Assembly: GCF_001194135.2 (NCBI RefSeq)
Contig: NC_068981.1
Span: 56,712,945 to 56,760,226 of the forward strand
DNA: 47,282 nucleotides
Direction: 5' to 3'
Origin: Octopus bimaculoides
Lineage: Eukaryota
In this document: piece by piece, positions 13,400-26,036 of the stretch
Layout of the letters: every line of letters begins with the position of its first letter
How positions within the stretch are numbered: position 1 is the first letter of the stretch
Notes under the pieces: generated by a model
What the model was told of the DNA's origin: nothing
Database searches by the model: none
Seen by the model: only the letters and a program-made list of their open reading frames with translations
Translations under genes and position numbers: made by a program

Positions 13400-13900
13400 A
13401 GAAGAGCAAACACTCTGATCCAACCAGCTATTGACCTATCCCCCTCAATACCAAAATCTAATAATAATAAAACAATTGAAAGCAAATACTTCATTCGTCA
13501 CTTAGAATCATTTTATCCTTAAATATCTCTATTTCAGTTTCTGTGGTTTCCCTACAGTTAACGTACCAAAGAATTTTTCCCTCAAATCATGTACCATTGG
13601 GCTCTCGACCTTGAGAACTTTAGTGAAATCAATGTTTTTGCTCTTGACATCCTCAGAGACTTGGAACGTGTCTTTTATTTATACTTAAAGTACTATGGGT
13701 TTATCCGCCCTCCATCTCTAGGATGCAATATTTCCTGTTAGATCGCCCAATTGTAGCATATAGTAACAAGTCTTTCTCCATTTAAAATTCTACCAACTCT
13801 GGTATACCCTCTGTAGTCTGATTATTTTTACCCACATTTCACCTGATTGTCACTTAAACAACAGTCGTCTCAATACTGATTATATTCCATTTTAATCTCT
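13400..13900 (+). pseudogene. CR1-clade LINE reverse transcriptase remnant
   Basis: Near 13615 it reads ENFSEINVFALDILRDLERV (compare FGESxVxALDISKAFDRVW), and near 13797 SGIPSVV (compare SGVPQGSVL). Confidence 0.6.
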
Positions 13901-15403
13901 TCAATTACAAGCCATGCCAGGGAGTTAATGCTTTCATGAATAGAGACCTTGATAATATACTCCAACAGAAGCATAACAATGTTTCCTTCTTTGAACTACG
14001 ATTAAAATCGTAATACACATCAAAGAAACAATATTCACTACACTCTTCTTATGAAGAAACACCACACAGAATCCTCACAATTGTTACATATGAAAGGTCT
14101 CGCAGATTCATAATTTTTCACGGAAAACTGATAAGGTTACAAAAGCTGAATCATAAATACTGGGATTTATGTTTCCGTTTTAAGTAGCTCCCAACACTAT
14201 TACTCAGAAACCCATAATTGAAAGACGAGAGTAAATACTTCCTGAACATTGTAGTGAACAAAAGCCTTTTTCAACGAAAATTATCCAGACTTCGCAGCTC
14301 CAGGTATTAGTCAAAAACATTAACTCTTCATTAAGCATATTGAACTAAATATATACTTTCATATCTCTTATCAATAATGTCACGAATTCCCTGTTCAAAT
14401 TAGTCCAAATGTTCTGTATCAGTTGCCCTGTAGCTTTCCAAGTCATCTGAAGAGTAAAATTTGAAACAACCCTGGCTGGTTCAGCCGGGTAAACAATCCT
14501 GGCTAGTTGAACCAGAGCAACCAGGTAAGAAGCTCCTTCTTTGGTTTGTAGTGTTAGTTGCCAATTCTACGTATCATAGACAAAAGAAAAACAAGTTATT
14601 TTTTCTTGCGTACACCCAATTAATTTATACACTCAGTTAATGTGCTACACTTTCTCGTATTATATTTCCCATACAAGAGCCTCCAAAATAACTCGGATCT
14701 TCTCTACGATTGCATATATTTCCTTGCTCCTATTACTGCATATTTCCAACAAGCAACGTAAAAAAAAACATACAACTGAACAAAATAAAATATGTAATTT
14801 GGTCCTTATTTTAAAGACTTGACTAAACAGAATACGAACATTGTACATTATGAGAGTAAGAAAAATAGGTAAAATCCATATTTACTGCACATTTTGCGTG
14901 TATGGACGACGATAAGCTATACAAGATTTAATACATTTATACTGTAATATATTTGAGTCAAACAATGCATACAATAACTTGTGGAGTAAAGAAATCCCCA
15001 CTGAAATCTTATTTTAGGTGACACAAGCCCCCAGACACAATGAAACAACCAACAAACTGCTTAGGCTCTAATATAATGCAATGGGTATCATGTTAACGCA
15101 TCGATTGAAATACAGAATGAGTGATAAAAACTAAATCGACAACCTCTATCAATTTCATTCATGATACTTACAATTAAATATTCTCGACCTAAATTTCATT
15201 GCCCCATTATTCGTCTAGTATTCTCTATTTATTTCGGGCACTTTTCTTTCTCAAATTTATTGCTTGCTTGGCTCTACTATTTCCTCCACGGGGATCAGCA
15301 ATATCCTTCACTCTTCGAGAAAAATACTGCAGCTGTCTCTTGGGAAAAGATTAGGTATTGTACAGACGACAAGGTCTGTATTTCTATATTTTTGTTTTGT
15401 TTA

Positions 15404-15730
15404 TCTTTCTTCTTCTTCTTCTTCTTCTTCTTCTTCTTCTTCTTCTTCTTCTTCTTCTTCTTCTTCTTCTTCTTCTTCTGCTTCTTCTTCTGCTTCTTCT
15501 TCTCTTCCTCCCCCACTTCTTACTCCTCCTTTTCCTTCATCTTCACCAGAAGAACCAATCTTAAAACGACCTCCACCATCGCCTTAACAACGAATAACAT
15601 CACTGTCGTCACCATCATTTTCATCATCATCATCATTATGATCATCATCACCCTCTTCATCATCATGATCATCATCATCGTCATCATCCTCATTTTCATC
15701 ATCACCACCACTACCAAACCACCTCCACCA
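15404..15730. repeat. Compound triplet region (TTC)n-(CAT)n-(CCA)n
   Basis: Seen directly; it produces the poly-F/S/L/K/M ORFs. Confidence 0.95.
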
Positions 15731-16085
15731 CCATTTCCAATACGGTCATCAACGTGTTCCCGCTCTAGGACGATGTGATGATTATTGGTAATGTTTTTAC
15801 TTCTTCATATCTGTTTGCACTGCCAGTTACATTAAATATTTTTCGCTCGAACAAAATACATTCTCAATGGATTCAATCATCAATACGAATGTAATCCATA
15901 CTTTTGCGTGAAACATTGCTGGGGAATAGTTGGAGAAGCTTTTTTTACTATTTTGTTGTTTGTTATCCTAGCTGCTTTCCAAGAAGCCTACGATTTATTA
16001 TTATTATCATTATTATTGTTATTGTTATTATTATTATTATTATTATTATTCAACGGCAGAATTGTGAGCATGTAGAACAAAATTC

Positions 16086-16260
16086 TTAGCGGTATTTCAT
16101 TCGTCTTTATATTCTGAGTTCAAATTCCGCCGAGGTCGAATTTGCATTTTTTCCTTTCGGGATCGATAGAATAAGTACCAGAGAGACACTTGGATCGATG
16201 TAATCGATAAGTCCCTTTCCACCAAATTTCAGGTTTTGTGCTTTAGTAGAAAGGATTGTT
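16086..16260 (+). mobile_element. SINE family A, 5'-truncated
   Basis: ttagcggtatttc...tctgagttcaaattccgccgaggtcgaatttgc...tcgatagaataagtaccag, with a (TTG)n tail. Confidence 0.85.
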
Positions 16261-16286
16261 ATTATTGTTGTTGTTGTTGTTTTTTT

Positions 16287-16470
16287 ATGGCAGCGAGCTG
16301 GCAGAATCGTAAGTAGGCAGGACAAGATTGCTTAGTGGCATTTCATCTGTCTTCATTTTAAATTCTTCCGAAGTCGACTTTGCTGTTCATCCTTCCGCGA
16401 TCGATGTAATTGACTTATCCCCTCCCACGAAACTGCCGGCCTTGTGCCAAAATTTGAAACCATTTGTAGT
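16287..16470 (+). mobile_element. SINE family A, diverged copy in tandem with the previous one
   Basis: Head ggcagcgagctggcagaatcgt matches 46547; gtcgactttgc..tcatcctt core; (GTA)n tail. Confidence 0.8.
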
Positions 16471-16559
16471 AGTAGTAGTAGTAGCAGCAGCAGCAGTAGT
16501 AGATTTTGGTCTATCAGTTGAAGTTGTTTGCCTTTATTATACCGACTTGATGTAATAAG

Positions 16560-16605
16560 TATACATACATACATACATACATACATACATACATGCATGC
16601 ATGCA

Positions 16606-16635
<30 letters not shown>
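16560..16635. repeat. (TACA)n microsatellite
   Basis: Seen directly. Confidence 0.95.
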
Positions 16636-16638
<3 letters not shown>

Positions 16639-17100
16639 CATACGTACGTACTGGGGGTTCTATATATATGCAGTGTGTGGAAAGGAGATTGTAGTTCTAT
16701 GTTGTTTTTGTTTGATTATTATCCCCCGTTTGAAGAATCTTCCAAAGATGAAGTTGTCCTTTTAAAAGAGATATTTTCAATAGTTCTTGAATTTAGAGTG
16801 GTTTTGTTTTTCCGTTCTCTCTGTGCCATTGTAACACCTCTGACGATTTATTGAACAACCGTCGTATCAATCTCTTACGTTTCCTCTGTTTTCCTCTGTT
16901 TCATCCCTGAAATATGTTTTTTGGTGTGATATGCTTCACTTTGCAAAGCATCCCGCCTTATAAAATCTTGATGTTAATAATATTGACTTAAAATGGTTAA
17001 ACAAATGACAATGAAGCAAAGTCTGGCAATCTCTGAGATAGCTTTATTCGTATTCTCAATCGACATGTACTAATATTACTTATGTGTACATGTATGAAGT

Positions 17101-17425
17101 GAAGGCGTATGGCTCAGTGGTTAGAGCATCGAGCTTACCATCGCGAGGTTGTGAGTTCGAATCCCGGACCGGGCTGCGTGTTGTGTTCTTGAGCAAGACA
17201 CTTTATTTCACGTTGCTCCAGTTCACTCAGCTATAGAAATGAGTTGCGACGTCACAGGTGCCAAGCTGTATCGGCCTTTGCCTTTCCTTGGATTACACTG
17301 GTTGCGTGGAGAGGGGGAGGTCGGTATACATGGGCGACTGCTGGTCTTCCATAAACAACCTTGCTCGGACTTGTGCCTGGGAGGGTAATCCCATGGTCAG
17401 TCATGACCGAAGGGGGGTGGTCTCA
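17101..17425 (+). mobile_element. Full-length tRNA-derived SINE (family B) with an intact Pol III internal promoter
   Basis: A-box TGGCTCAGTGG (~17110) and B-box GAGTTCGAATCC (~17154), followed by a central tgtgttcttgagcaagacacttt domain typical of CORE/V-type SINEs. Confidence 0.85.
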
Positions 17426-17437
17426 GCAGTATATATA

Positions 17438-17812
17438 TATAATCATAAATATATAGGGATTAGCAGAAAACCTGCTTCTCCAACATACTGAGAAATTCAG
17501 AAACAGCCAAAGAACTACTGATTCTAAAAACTACAAATTTTTCTCTAATTGATAGCGATATTGGTTGAAGATCGAAATGAGGTAATTTCTTACCACTAAT
17601 CGTGAAACGATTCGTACCAAATTAATTAAAGGCAAGTTTGTTTTTTTACTCTTCTCTTCTGTTTTTGGTTCTGTGTGTATCATGAATATCGCTATCAATT
17701 AGAGAAAAATTTGTAGTTTTTAGAATCAGTAGTTCTTTGGCTGCTGTTTCTGAATTTCTCAGTATGTTGGAGAAGCAGGTTTTCTGCTAATCCCTATATA
17801 TTTATGATTATA
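17438..17812. mobile_element. Fold-back element E2 with near-perfect 125-bp inverted arms
   Basis: 17438-17562 is the reverse complement of 17685-17812, differing essentially by one 3-bp indel. The spacer is 122 bp and the element starts at (TA)n. Confidence 0.85.
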
Positions 17813-17935
17813 AATGACTTTACCGAAAAGGCTTTTTCATACTGAGCTACCCGGCATAATTGTTAATTATTAATTTTATTACTAATTGACGATTCCCTGC
17901 CCTGTATATGTATATCTATATATATATATATATAT

Positions 17936-18884
17936 AGTTAAAACTTACTTGCAAATGGACGCGTGGTGTTCGATAATGTAATAATACAAATGATATGTGA
18001 GCATACGCATATATACATACATATATGTACATACCTACATCTACATGTATATACAGATGCATATCCGGGTACAGGACGTCAAGAAAAACGTGGACAAAAA
18101 AAGGAACGGGAACATAAACAAAGCACAAAAAGCGAACTTTTTTTACGGACAACAGAATGAACAACGCCACGCGTCCATTTACAAGTAAGTTTTAACTTTA
18201 TATTTCTGACGCGCACTCTATCTTTCTGTCTATCTATTTTTCTGTCTATCTATCTTTCTTCTTACTTATCTCCCCTTCTCGCTCTTCTTCCTCCTGTTGC
18301 CCTTGCTTCTCCCCTTCACTGCTATATCTCTCTCTTACTCTTCCTCCCTGTCTCTCGTCGCTCACCTATGTTCAACTTCCTCCCTTTTCCTCTCTCTACC
18401 ACTTCTCGTTGATCACAATTGACCTGTGGTCACCTCTTCCTTTCTCCTTTCGGCCAGCATAAAAGCAACACGAACTGCTATCTCTCTCTGCTCAAATTCA
18501 TCACATCACAGCGTTCAGTATCTCATCTCGTTCGGCTTAACGGCCCTCAACGTTTGTTTCACTGTTTAGTTTTCCCTGTCTTGGTTTCTGTTTGCCACTT
18601 TGGAATCCTCCGCATAGTAGGTTTTATTTAATTTGCTTTGCGGGAAGAGCTATTCTAAGAGCGCGTTCTGGCTCATTTTTGAAACGCCTAGTTTAGAATA
18701 GAGGCAGCTGATGAAGGAAAAGTTCCATATGTGGCTTGTCTATTTTCCTATGAGTTCATTCTGTTCTCCGTAAAAAAGTTCGTTTTTTTGTGCTTTGTTT
18801 ATGTTCCCGTTCCTTTTTTGTTCACGTTTTTTTTACGTCCTGTACCCGGATATGCATCTATATATACATGTATATGTAGGTATG
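17936..18884 (+). mobile_element. Non-autonomous Penelope-like element E3 with an inverted 5' copy of its 3' end
   Basis: 17936-17970 is inverted relative to 18163-18197, and 18030-18162 is inverted relative to 18754-18884. The body is pyrimidine-rich and non-coding, and it ends at the gap 18885-18894. Confidence 0.6.
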
Positions 18885-19019
18885 NNNNNNNNNNTACATG
18901 CTTAGAGTGTGGTGTAAAACTTCCATTTAATATGAAATTAATATGAATAGCGCAATTGTATAGAAATTAGTAAATGGGGAATGTTGATTTAAACCTTATT
19001 TCATACTGTCGTTGTTGCT

Positions 19020-19260
19020 GTGACTTGTTTAACCTCAACTCATTCCTGAATCAGAAGACACATGATTAATGATATTCCAGTCTTGAATATCCCTCTTATA
19101 TTCAAGCATGTACGAACGACTATAATATCTAATTTATCATTTAGACTATTCTTGTTCAATGAGTTCTTCACTCTTTTAAGAGAATACAGTGGGATTTGAA
19201 TAAGATTCAGGTGGTATTCCTTGCAGGTTGAGTGCAGGTGTTTTATGATATCTAAGCTCT
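19020..19260 (+). repeat. Unclassified dispersed repeat; related fragments at ~27860-27930, ~28520-28670 and ~43310-43360
   Basis: Shared motifs gagatttggctgct(a/c)tttc and tttaacctcag..atcctgattgagca, recognised by eye. Confidence 0.4.
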
Positions 19261-19524
19261 ACGAGGTAAAGTTTATTTCTAAGGTTTAGATAATTTCTAT
19301 CAACACCAGAGAGGGATCGTATTATATATTTCATTATCTATTTTAGCAGTTCTTTGCATTACAGCTGTAAAGTGTTTTACTGTAGTATAATGTATATAAT
19401 GTAGTCTACCTTTGAAGCTAATGTCTTTAAATACATCCTTATAACAATGAGCAGTATGGTTTTAGAATTTTTCGTGAGATATACAGTTACTATTATTATT
19501 AATTAAGTTTCTAAGAATATGTGT

Positions 19525-19595
19525 AGTAATTTCTCCCTATATTTGTTGTATGACCATATATGCAGTAATTTCTCCCTATATTTGTTGTATGACCA
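19525..19595. repeat. 32-bp duplication with a 39-bp period
   Basis: agtaatttctccctatatttgttgtatgacca at 19525-19556 and 19564-19595. Confidence 0.95.
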
Positions 19596-20545
19596 GTATT
19601 TTCCAGCAGATTTATCTAGAGATATAAACCGATGTTACCTTGGGTTTCCTAAATCAGGTAAATAAACATTTCTTCGTGAGGCAAAGATTACGTAATAGCT
19701 TTAAGGTGAACTACGGTTGCAAAAAATCTTAGGTACTGTTTCAATAGCCAGCACAAGCCAAAGAAAACTTTTCAGTATAAAGACGCCAAAAATGTATCCC
19801 CTTATGTTCATAGCTTTAGAAAGCTTGATCCGTGTCCCTGGGAGATGTATAGTGTGCTTTTACTCTATTTTACAATTTTGAAAAATGATCGGAATTGATT
19901 GATTTTTACAGACTCTTCCATTCATATTTGCTGATATATTTCCAACTAAGAATTTTCAAAATAGTAAATTAGCACAAATTAACTTTTAAATAATAATTAG
20001 TTGTTGTGCAATTTAAATAGCATGCTTATTTGTGTATGTGTGCGCCGCACATGTACGCATTTCAGTTCACTGGAGAGCGTTACTGGTAACATGTAAACCT
20101 GTTGCGTTTGCAGAACATTAGTGATTAAAGCTTTACCAACGCTCGCAGGTTATTCTTGTGAGAAGAGTTGCTACAAACCCAGCAGGGCAAAAGCAATACC
20201 TGTCAAGGAGACCGGTAAAGCAACTGTAGTGTCAGTGACAATCGAACAATAACAGAGGGACTCGGGAGAATATCACACTGATATAAAAATCAAGGAAAGT
20301 GTTCGGGGAAATCATAGCACACCCTACAATTTTCTGCTAGTTGTTTATCCAAAATGTACGGCTGATCTTATATAAACCGTTATCACTATTCTCGCATTAT
20401 CTCTACGGTGAGTCTAACAGTTCCATAATTGTCCCTTTTGCTTCTGAAATGTTGTGCCGTCATATATCGATACATGTGGGTCACGTCCATCATGCATGCA
20501 CCTATATACACACATACACTCTCACCTTCACACCTGCATTTCTTT

Positions 20546-20639
<94 letters not shown>

Positions 20640-20707
20640 NNNNNNNNNNATGACATATTCTTGAATTCACTTATATATACATATATGCGTGTGTGCGTGT
20701 GTGCATA

Positions 20708-21716
20708 CAGGGGTTGGACAAAATAATGGAAATACCTTAAAATTTCAAACAAATTTATTTTAATATGGGGTAGGACCACTTTTGGCAGTAATTACAGCTT
20801 GAATTCTATGGGGTATGGACTCGTACAAAGTTTGAATTGTTTCCAAAGGAATTTTTGTCCATTCTTCAGCTACAACAGTCTCTAGTTCTTGTAGTGATGA
20901 TGGTGGAATATATCGACTCCTTACTTGTTTTTCTATAATGCACCATAAATGTTCAATAGTATTGAGATTTGAGGACTGTGGTGGCCAGATAAGATGTTCA
21001 ACTTCACTAGAATGTTCCTCGTGCCATTCAGTAACAACTTTAGCTGTGCGAATTGGTGCATTGTCATCCTGAAAGGTTGGGTTTCCCTCCGGAAACAGTT
21101 CCGCAACCATAAGATGAATCTGATCAGATAAAATACTTAAATAGTCTTGACTATTAATTCTGCCATGAAGGGAGACCATTGAGCCGGCGGATTTCCAAGA
21201 TATAGCCCCACAGATCATCACAGATCTTCCTCCATATTTAACAGTTGGAAGTAGGCAGTCTGAGTCAAATGCTTCTTTTGGCTGTCTCCATGCGTATACT
21301 CGGCCGGTAGTCGGAAATAAGGTAATGGAAAACTCGTCCGAGAAATTAGCATTCTTTCACTGCTCTAGGGACCAATTCTGTAAGTTTTTACGCCACTCTA
21401 AACGCTTTGCAACGTTTGTTTTTGAAAGTAGTGCTTTTCTGATTGCAGCCCTCCCGTGAAATCCGGCTTTGTGCAGCTCCCGGCGAACAGTTTTTGTGGA
21501 AACTGGGTTTTCGAGGTAGCCATTAAGCTCTCCAGTAATTTGGTGAGCTGTAATTTTGTGACCCTTTCTAACAATTTGCGTAAGAGTCCGACGGTCCCTA
21601 TCTGAAAGTTTTGGTTTTCTTCCGGAGTTTTGTTTCAGCGAGGTTTTTCCCTCTTTCTCAAATGCTGTCATTACTTTCGAGACAGTACTCCTTGATACAC
21701 CAAGCATTTCAGCTGT
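20708..21716 (-). mobile_element. Tc1-family DNA transposon; its 5' part lies in the gap 21717-22500
   Basis: TA followed by the TIR CAGGGGTTGGACAAAATAATGGAAATACC at 20708, with a transposase ORF on the minus strand. Confidence 0.95.
20760..21716 (-). pseudogene. Tc1 DD34E transposase with one in-frame stop
   Basis: HTH region (AEMLGVSRSTVS, NSGRKPKLSDRDRR), then EQ*KNANFSDEF, FQDDNAPIRT and SSNLNTIEHLW, ending GPTPY*. The listed ORFs 21357-22508 and 20760-21221 are in the same frame. Confidence 0.93.
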
Positions 21717-23810
21717 NNNNNNNNNNNNNNNNNNNNNNNNNNNNNNNNNNNNNNNNNNNNNNNNNNNNNNNNNNNNNNNNNNNNNNNNNNNNNNNNNNNN
21801 NNNNNNNNNNNNNNNNNNNNNNNNNNNNNNNNNNNNNNNNNNNNNNNNNNNNNNNNNNNNNNNNNNNNNNNNNNNNNNNNNNNNNNNNNNNNNNNNNNNN
21901 NNNNNNNNNNNNNNNNNNNNNNNNNNNNNNNNNNNNNNNNNNNNNNNNNNNNNNNNNNNNNNNNNNNNNNNNNNNNNNNNNNNNNNNNNNNNNNNNNNNN
22001 NNNNNNNNNNNNNNNNNNNNNNNNNNNNNNNNNNNNNNNNNNNNNNNNNNNNNNNNNNNNNNNNNNNNNNNNNNNNNNNNNNNNNNNNNNNNNNNNNNNN
22101 NNNNNNNNNNNNNNNNNNNNNNNNNNNNNNNNNNNNNNNNNNNNNNNNNNNNNNNNNNNNNNNNNNNNNNNNNNNNNNNNNNNNNNNNNNNNNNNNNNNN
22201 NNNNNNNNNNNNNNNNNNNNNNNNNNNNNNNNNNNNNNNNNNNNNNNNNNNNNNNNNNNNNNNNNNNNNNNNNNNNNNNNNNNNNNNNNNNNNNNNNNNN
22301 NNNNNNNNNNNNNNNNNNNNNNNNNNNNNNNNNNNNNNNNNNNNNNNNNNNNNNNNNNNNNNNNNNNNNNNNNNNNNNNNNNNNNNNNNNNNNNNNNNNN
22401 NNNNNNNNNNNNNNNNNNNNNNNNNNNNNNNNNNNNNNNNNNNNNNNNNNNNNNNNNNNNNNNNNNNNNNNNNNNNNNNNNNNNNNNNNNNNNNNNNNNN
22501 ATGTACATACATATATATATATATATGTGTCTGTGTGTGTTGTGTGTGTGTGTGTACTCACATATATAATATATATGTATGATGATGAGAGATATTTTGC
22601 TGCCTATTAAAAACTAGTAATACAAACCCGTCCATGATACCAAAGCCATTTTTTAAAAAAGAGAATTAGCTATCAGAAGACCAGTTGTTTCTGATGAAGA
22701 TTTAGAACATTCCACGTTTCCTCTTTTCCTTCATCCCATTTTTTCGCATCAATTCCGCAGCAGAATTTATCTGTATAATATCTTAAAAATTAGTTTTTAT
22801 TCAATTTAACAATGGCATCGACAATTGACATATCCCTACACTTCTACACATTTCAGTACACATCGACATATACATAGTTGCATTTAATGATTACCCGTGC
22901 GTATACATTTTTAAAACAATATAATTACTTTGTATTTTTATATAAAGTAATAATATCATTATATACAAATAGAGAAAAATTATATTCAAAGAAGAAGAAA
23001 AAAACAAACACTGTAAAATATTTATGCATATCAGCAGAAAATTATGAAATAAACGCAACGCAACTATCGCCATCAGTAACAAAGACAATGAACACTGCAG
23101 CAGTAAAAAAAAAAATTATGTTGGTAACGGTGGTGGCGGTGGTGGTAATGGTGGTGGTGATGTTGGCGGCGGGGCTGGGGCTGGTTTAAATCAAATACTC
23201 TAAGTTGCATACACTGAAGATTTACTGTATACACATAGCATTGGTTCCATACACCAAAGGTTTAGCCTCCATTAGCTCACACATAGTCAGAAATGTTACT
23301 GAATCCTCCAGGGATACTGCCAAAGCGACAAGTAACCAAAATATTCATAGTGTTTGTTTGTTTTATACATATAATTATTTGGACGCGGAAGGGAGGGTGA
23401 AATTTCGCCAAAAACAAAATAGTATGTATGAAGAAGTAAATACAAAACAAAAAAACTGAATGTTGTAACGAACAGATTAAGATAAATGTGTCGTTCAGTA
23501 GGGGATTCAATGATGATATTGTTCTGACAGCAGAACATCCAGAGGAAATTAGAATCTCTTTTCCGCTCTTTCCCTCCCTCCTTTCACCCTCTCTCTCTCC
23601 ATCTTTCTATCTATCTATCAGTCACTTTCTCGTGTTCTCTCTCTATCTTTCTCCCTTTCTTTCTCTCTTTATTTCTCTCTTTTCCCTCTGGTAACCTTCA
23701 ACAGAAAAGTATCATTTAGTCAATAGCTGCTAAGATATGCAGCCACCACATCTTACGTCATCTGTCCGAATCACTTATTGCCCTCCGTTTAAATTTATCA
23801 TGGATATTTA

Positions 23811-23849
<39 letters not shown>

Positions 23850-24098
23850 AATGAAAATGTGCATTAACTATCGTGGCTAGAGCCGTAGAGATTAGCTCTC
23901 GGGAAAACCGATTCTACGATAAGTGTTTCCATTCCTGGTTGTAGTCATTTCACTTCAAATATAACGCGAATACTTTTAATTGCGCTATTTTAGCTCCACA
24001 AGATAAATGGCCAGTCACTAAGTGTTAGCATGATACGTTATACTCTATGTATTTGCATGTATATGTAAGTGTATGTACGCATGTATATACTTCTTTGA

Positions 24099-24100
<2 letters not shown>

Positions 24101-24140
<40 letters not shown>

Positions 24141-24252
24141 GTACATGCATATGCATATATACATATTTATATATATATATATATATATATACATACATAT
24201 ATATATGTATGTATGTATGTATATATATATATGTATGTATGTGTATATATAT

Positions 24253-24315
<63 letters not shown>
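24101..24315. repeat. (CA)n-(TA)n-(TAGA)n compound microsatellite
   Basis: Seen directly. Confidence 0.95.
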
Positions 24316-24794
24316 TGCATGATAGCGTTCACTATCATATCTCTAGCCACGATTCTATGTCTGTGACGAGAGAAATATTTCCATGAATGAAAATCACCAA
24401 TGAATTAACTGATAAGATGTTCAACATAAATAAATTCTGAACCTTATTCAAAATCTAACCCAGAAAAGACTAACAACCACTTTGAGGTTCGTTGTTGCTT
24501 TCTTTCTCAGTTCGGTGATGCTTATAACGTGATATAACGGAGGTGTTTCTATGAATGGTATAAACGTCACTTAGTCTCATCTCCTTTCCACTCTTGTGTT
24601 TGTGTGGCAAATGCTGACTTTTAGTCATTTGAGATATTGTATTTATGTATCTTTTAATTTTTTAAATCAATTTAATTTAAAAAGTGCCTGGTGACTTTCT
24701 AATGAGCAATACCCGCTCATTGGTTTATACACAGCCGTCGTTGTTGCTGTCGTCGTCGTCGTCGTCATTAACTCGTGTCCGAGTATTAAATTTA

Positions 24795-25288
24795 CAGTGG
24801 TGAGTGAGCCTCTTCATTTTGATGGATGCGGAGGGTGCTGGTTCTTGGGGTGAATCTTCAGGCCAATGGCGGTATAGAAAAGCCGGGGGCTTTTATCGCA
24901 GGGTAGGATTGGTGGGGTCGAGGAAGTGCGAATCGCTCTTTGCGTCTCCGACGTCTCATCTCTGCCTCTTGACGTCTGTTATTTTCTATCAAGTCTGTTC
25001 CCTCGACGATGACATACCGCCACTTTGAGCGCTCGTTGGCGATTGTCTCCCAGATATTGTCTCCCAGATATGGAGCAGCGGAGGAGACTGGCCTTTAGCT
25101 AGTCACCGAAACGGAATTTGGGAGCTCCGCGTGATCTGTTGCCTGAGGCCAATTCCGCAAAGAAGAGTTGACCGGGGAAGCGCGATAGAGGCATATGTAT
25201 GATGTGTCTCAACCAGTAGAGGCGGAGTTGTGCCATAGTAGCATTACTGCTGGACAATCCGGCCCGGAGCAGAACCTCTTCATTGGTA
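24795..25288 (-). pseudogene. RTE-clade LINE 3' end (post-RT C-terminus)
   Basis: Reads TNEEVLLRAGLSS...QLRLYWLRHIIHMPLSRFPGQLFFAELASGNRSRGAPKFRFGD*LKASL...WETIANERSKWR. It contains a 14-bp tandem duplication at 25042-25069. Confidence 0.88.
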
Positions 25289-25990
25289 ATTCAGAGAATT
25301 ATTATACTTTATTTCAATGTCTTATTTACGGAATATTAAATTGTATCATGCTTTACGTCGAAAACGCCAAGTTTTCAACGTTTTCTCAATAAAGTTCTAA
25401 ATTGTAAACTAGCGCTCATATAATTACAGGTACAAAAATTAGAATCTGTAATAAAATTATAGAACTTGTAGTATTCGAAGCAATATTACATAAATGTCTC
25501 CATCAATATGCATATCACAGTTATAATTACTGTTGAATTTAGATGCTATGTCTACATCTGGTAGGCAGCTGACGTCCTCAGAAGTATATTTGTTCTATCT
25601 TACATTCAATACAATTTGAATCCCTTGATATCGACTACGCGCTTTCTCGTGTTTTTCACAAAGGTTATTTGGCAGACGTTGCTTTTTATCTGCTTGCATA
25701 ATCTGTTTTTTCTTTCAACAATTGAACTATGGCCATACTTGAGTACTTCCTTCAGTTTTAGTCAATCATATCGATTCTATAGCAGTCTGGCAGTTATTCT
25801 ATTGAACTATATTTATCGGAAACCAAGTTGTCTGTTTATACAAAGACGCAACACCTTGTTTAGACATAAACAAGGTCATTGACGCAAACATAGACTCACA
25901 CTTAAATTTAGAAAGACGCATACCCACGCTCAAATACACACATACAAGTGCGCGCACATACCTATCTACCCACTTTCTTTCTCTCTCTCT

Positions 25991-26035
<45 letters not shown>

Positions 26036-26036
<1 letters not shown>

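Noticed and set aside
14447-14470. CTGAAGA...GAAAC hammerhead-like spacing
   Set aside because: There is no helix II (gtaaaattt), and no NUH or helix I pairing follows.
15161-15778. 205-aa ORF and overlapping poly-S/L/K/M ORFs
   Set aside because: They are translations of (TTC)n and (CAT)n microsatellites with no domain signal.
17101-17175. tRNA-like sequence with A and B boxes
   Set aside because: It continues into a SINE body and lacks a clean acceptor stem, so it is called a SINE head.
18706-18760. CTGATGA followed by a 7-bp stem
   Set aside because: The GAAA core is missing after the stem, so it is not called a ribozyme.
19400-19640. Possible Penelope RT-linker remnant (TNIGR-like, minus strand)
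   Set aside because: There is only a 5-residue resemblance, complicated by the local duplication.
20030-20360. TCAGTT initiator-like motif in a relatively GC-balanced patch
   Set aside because: The motif is short and common, and no downstream ORF or exon structure was found.
23869-24352. 13-bp inverted pair atcgtggctagag / ctctagccacgat
   Set aside because: It is too short, has no TSD and spans a microsatellite, so it may be chance.
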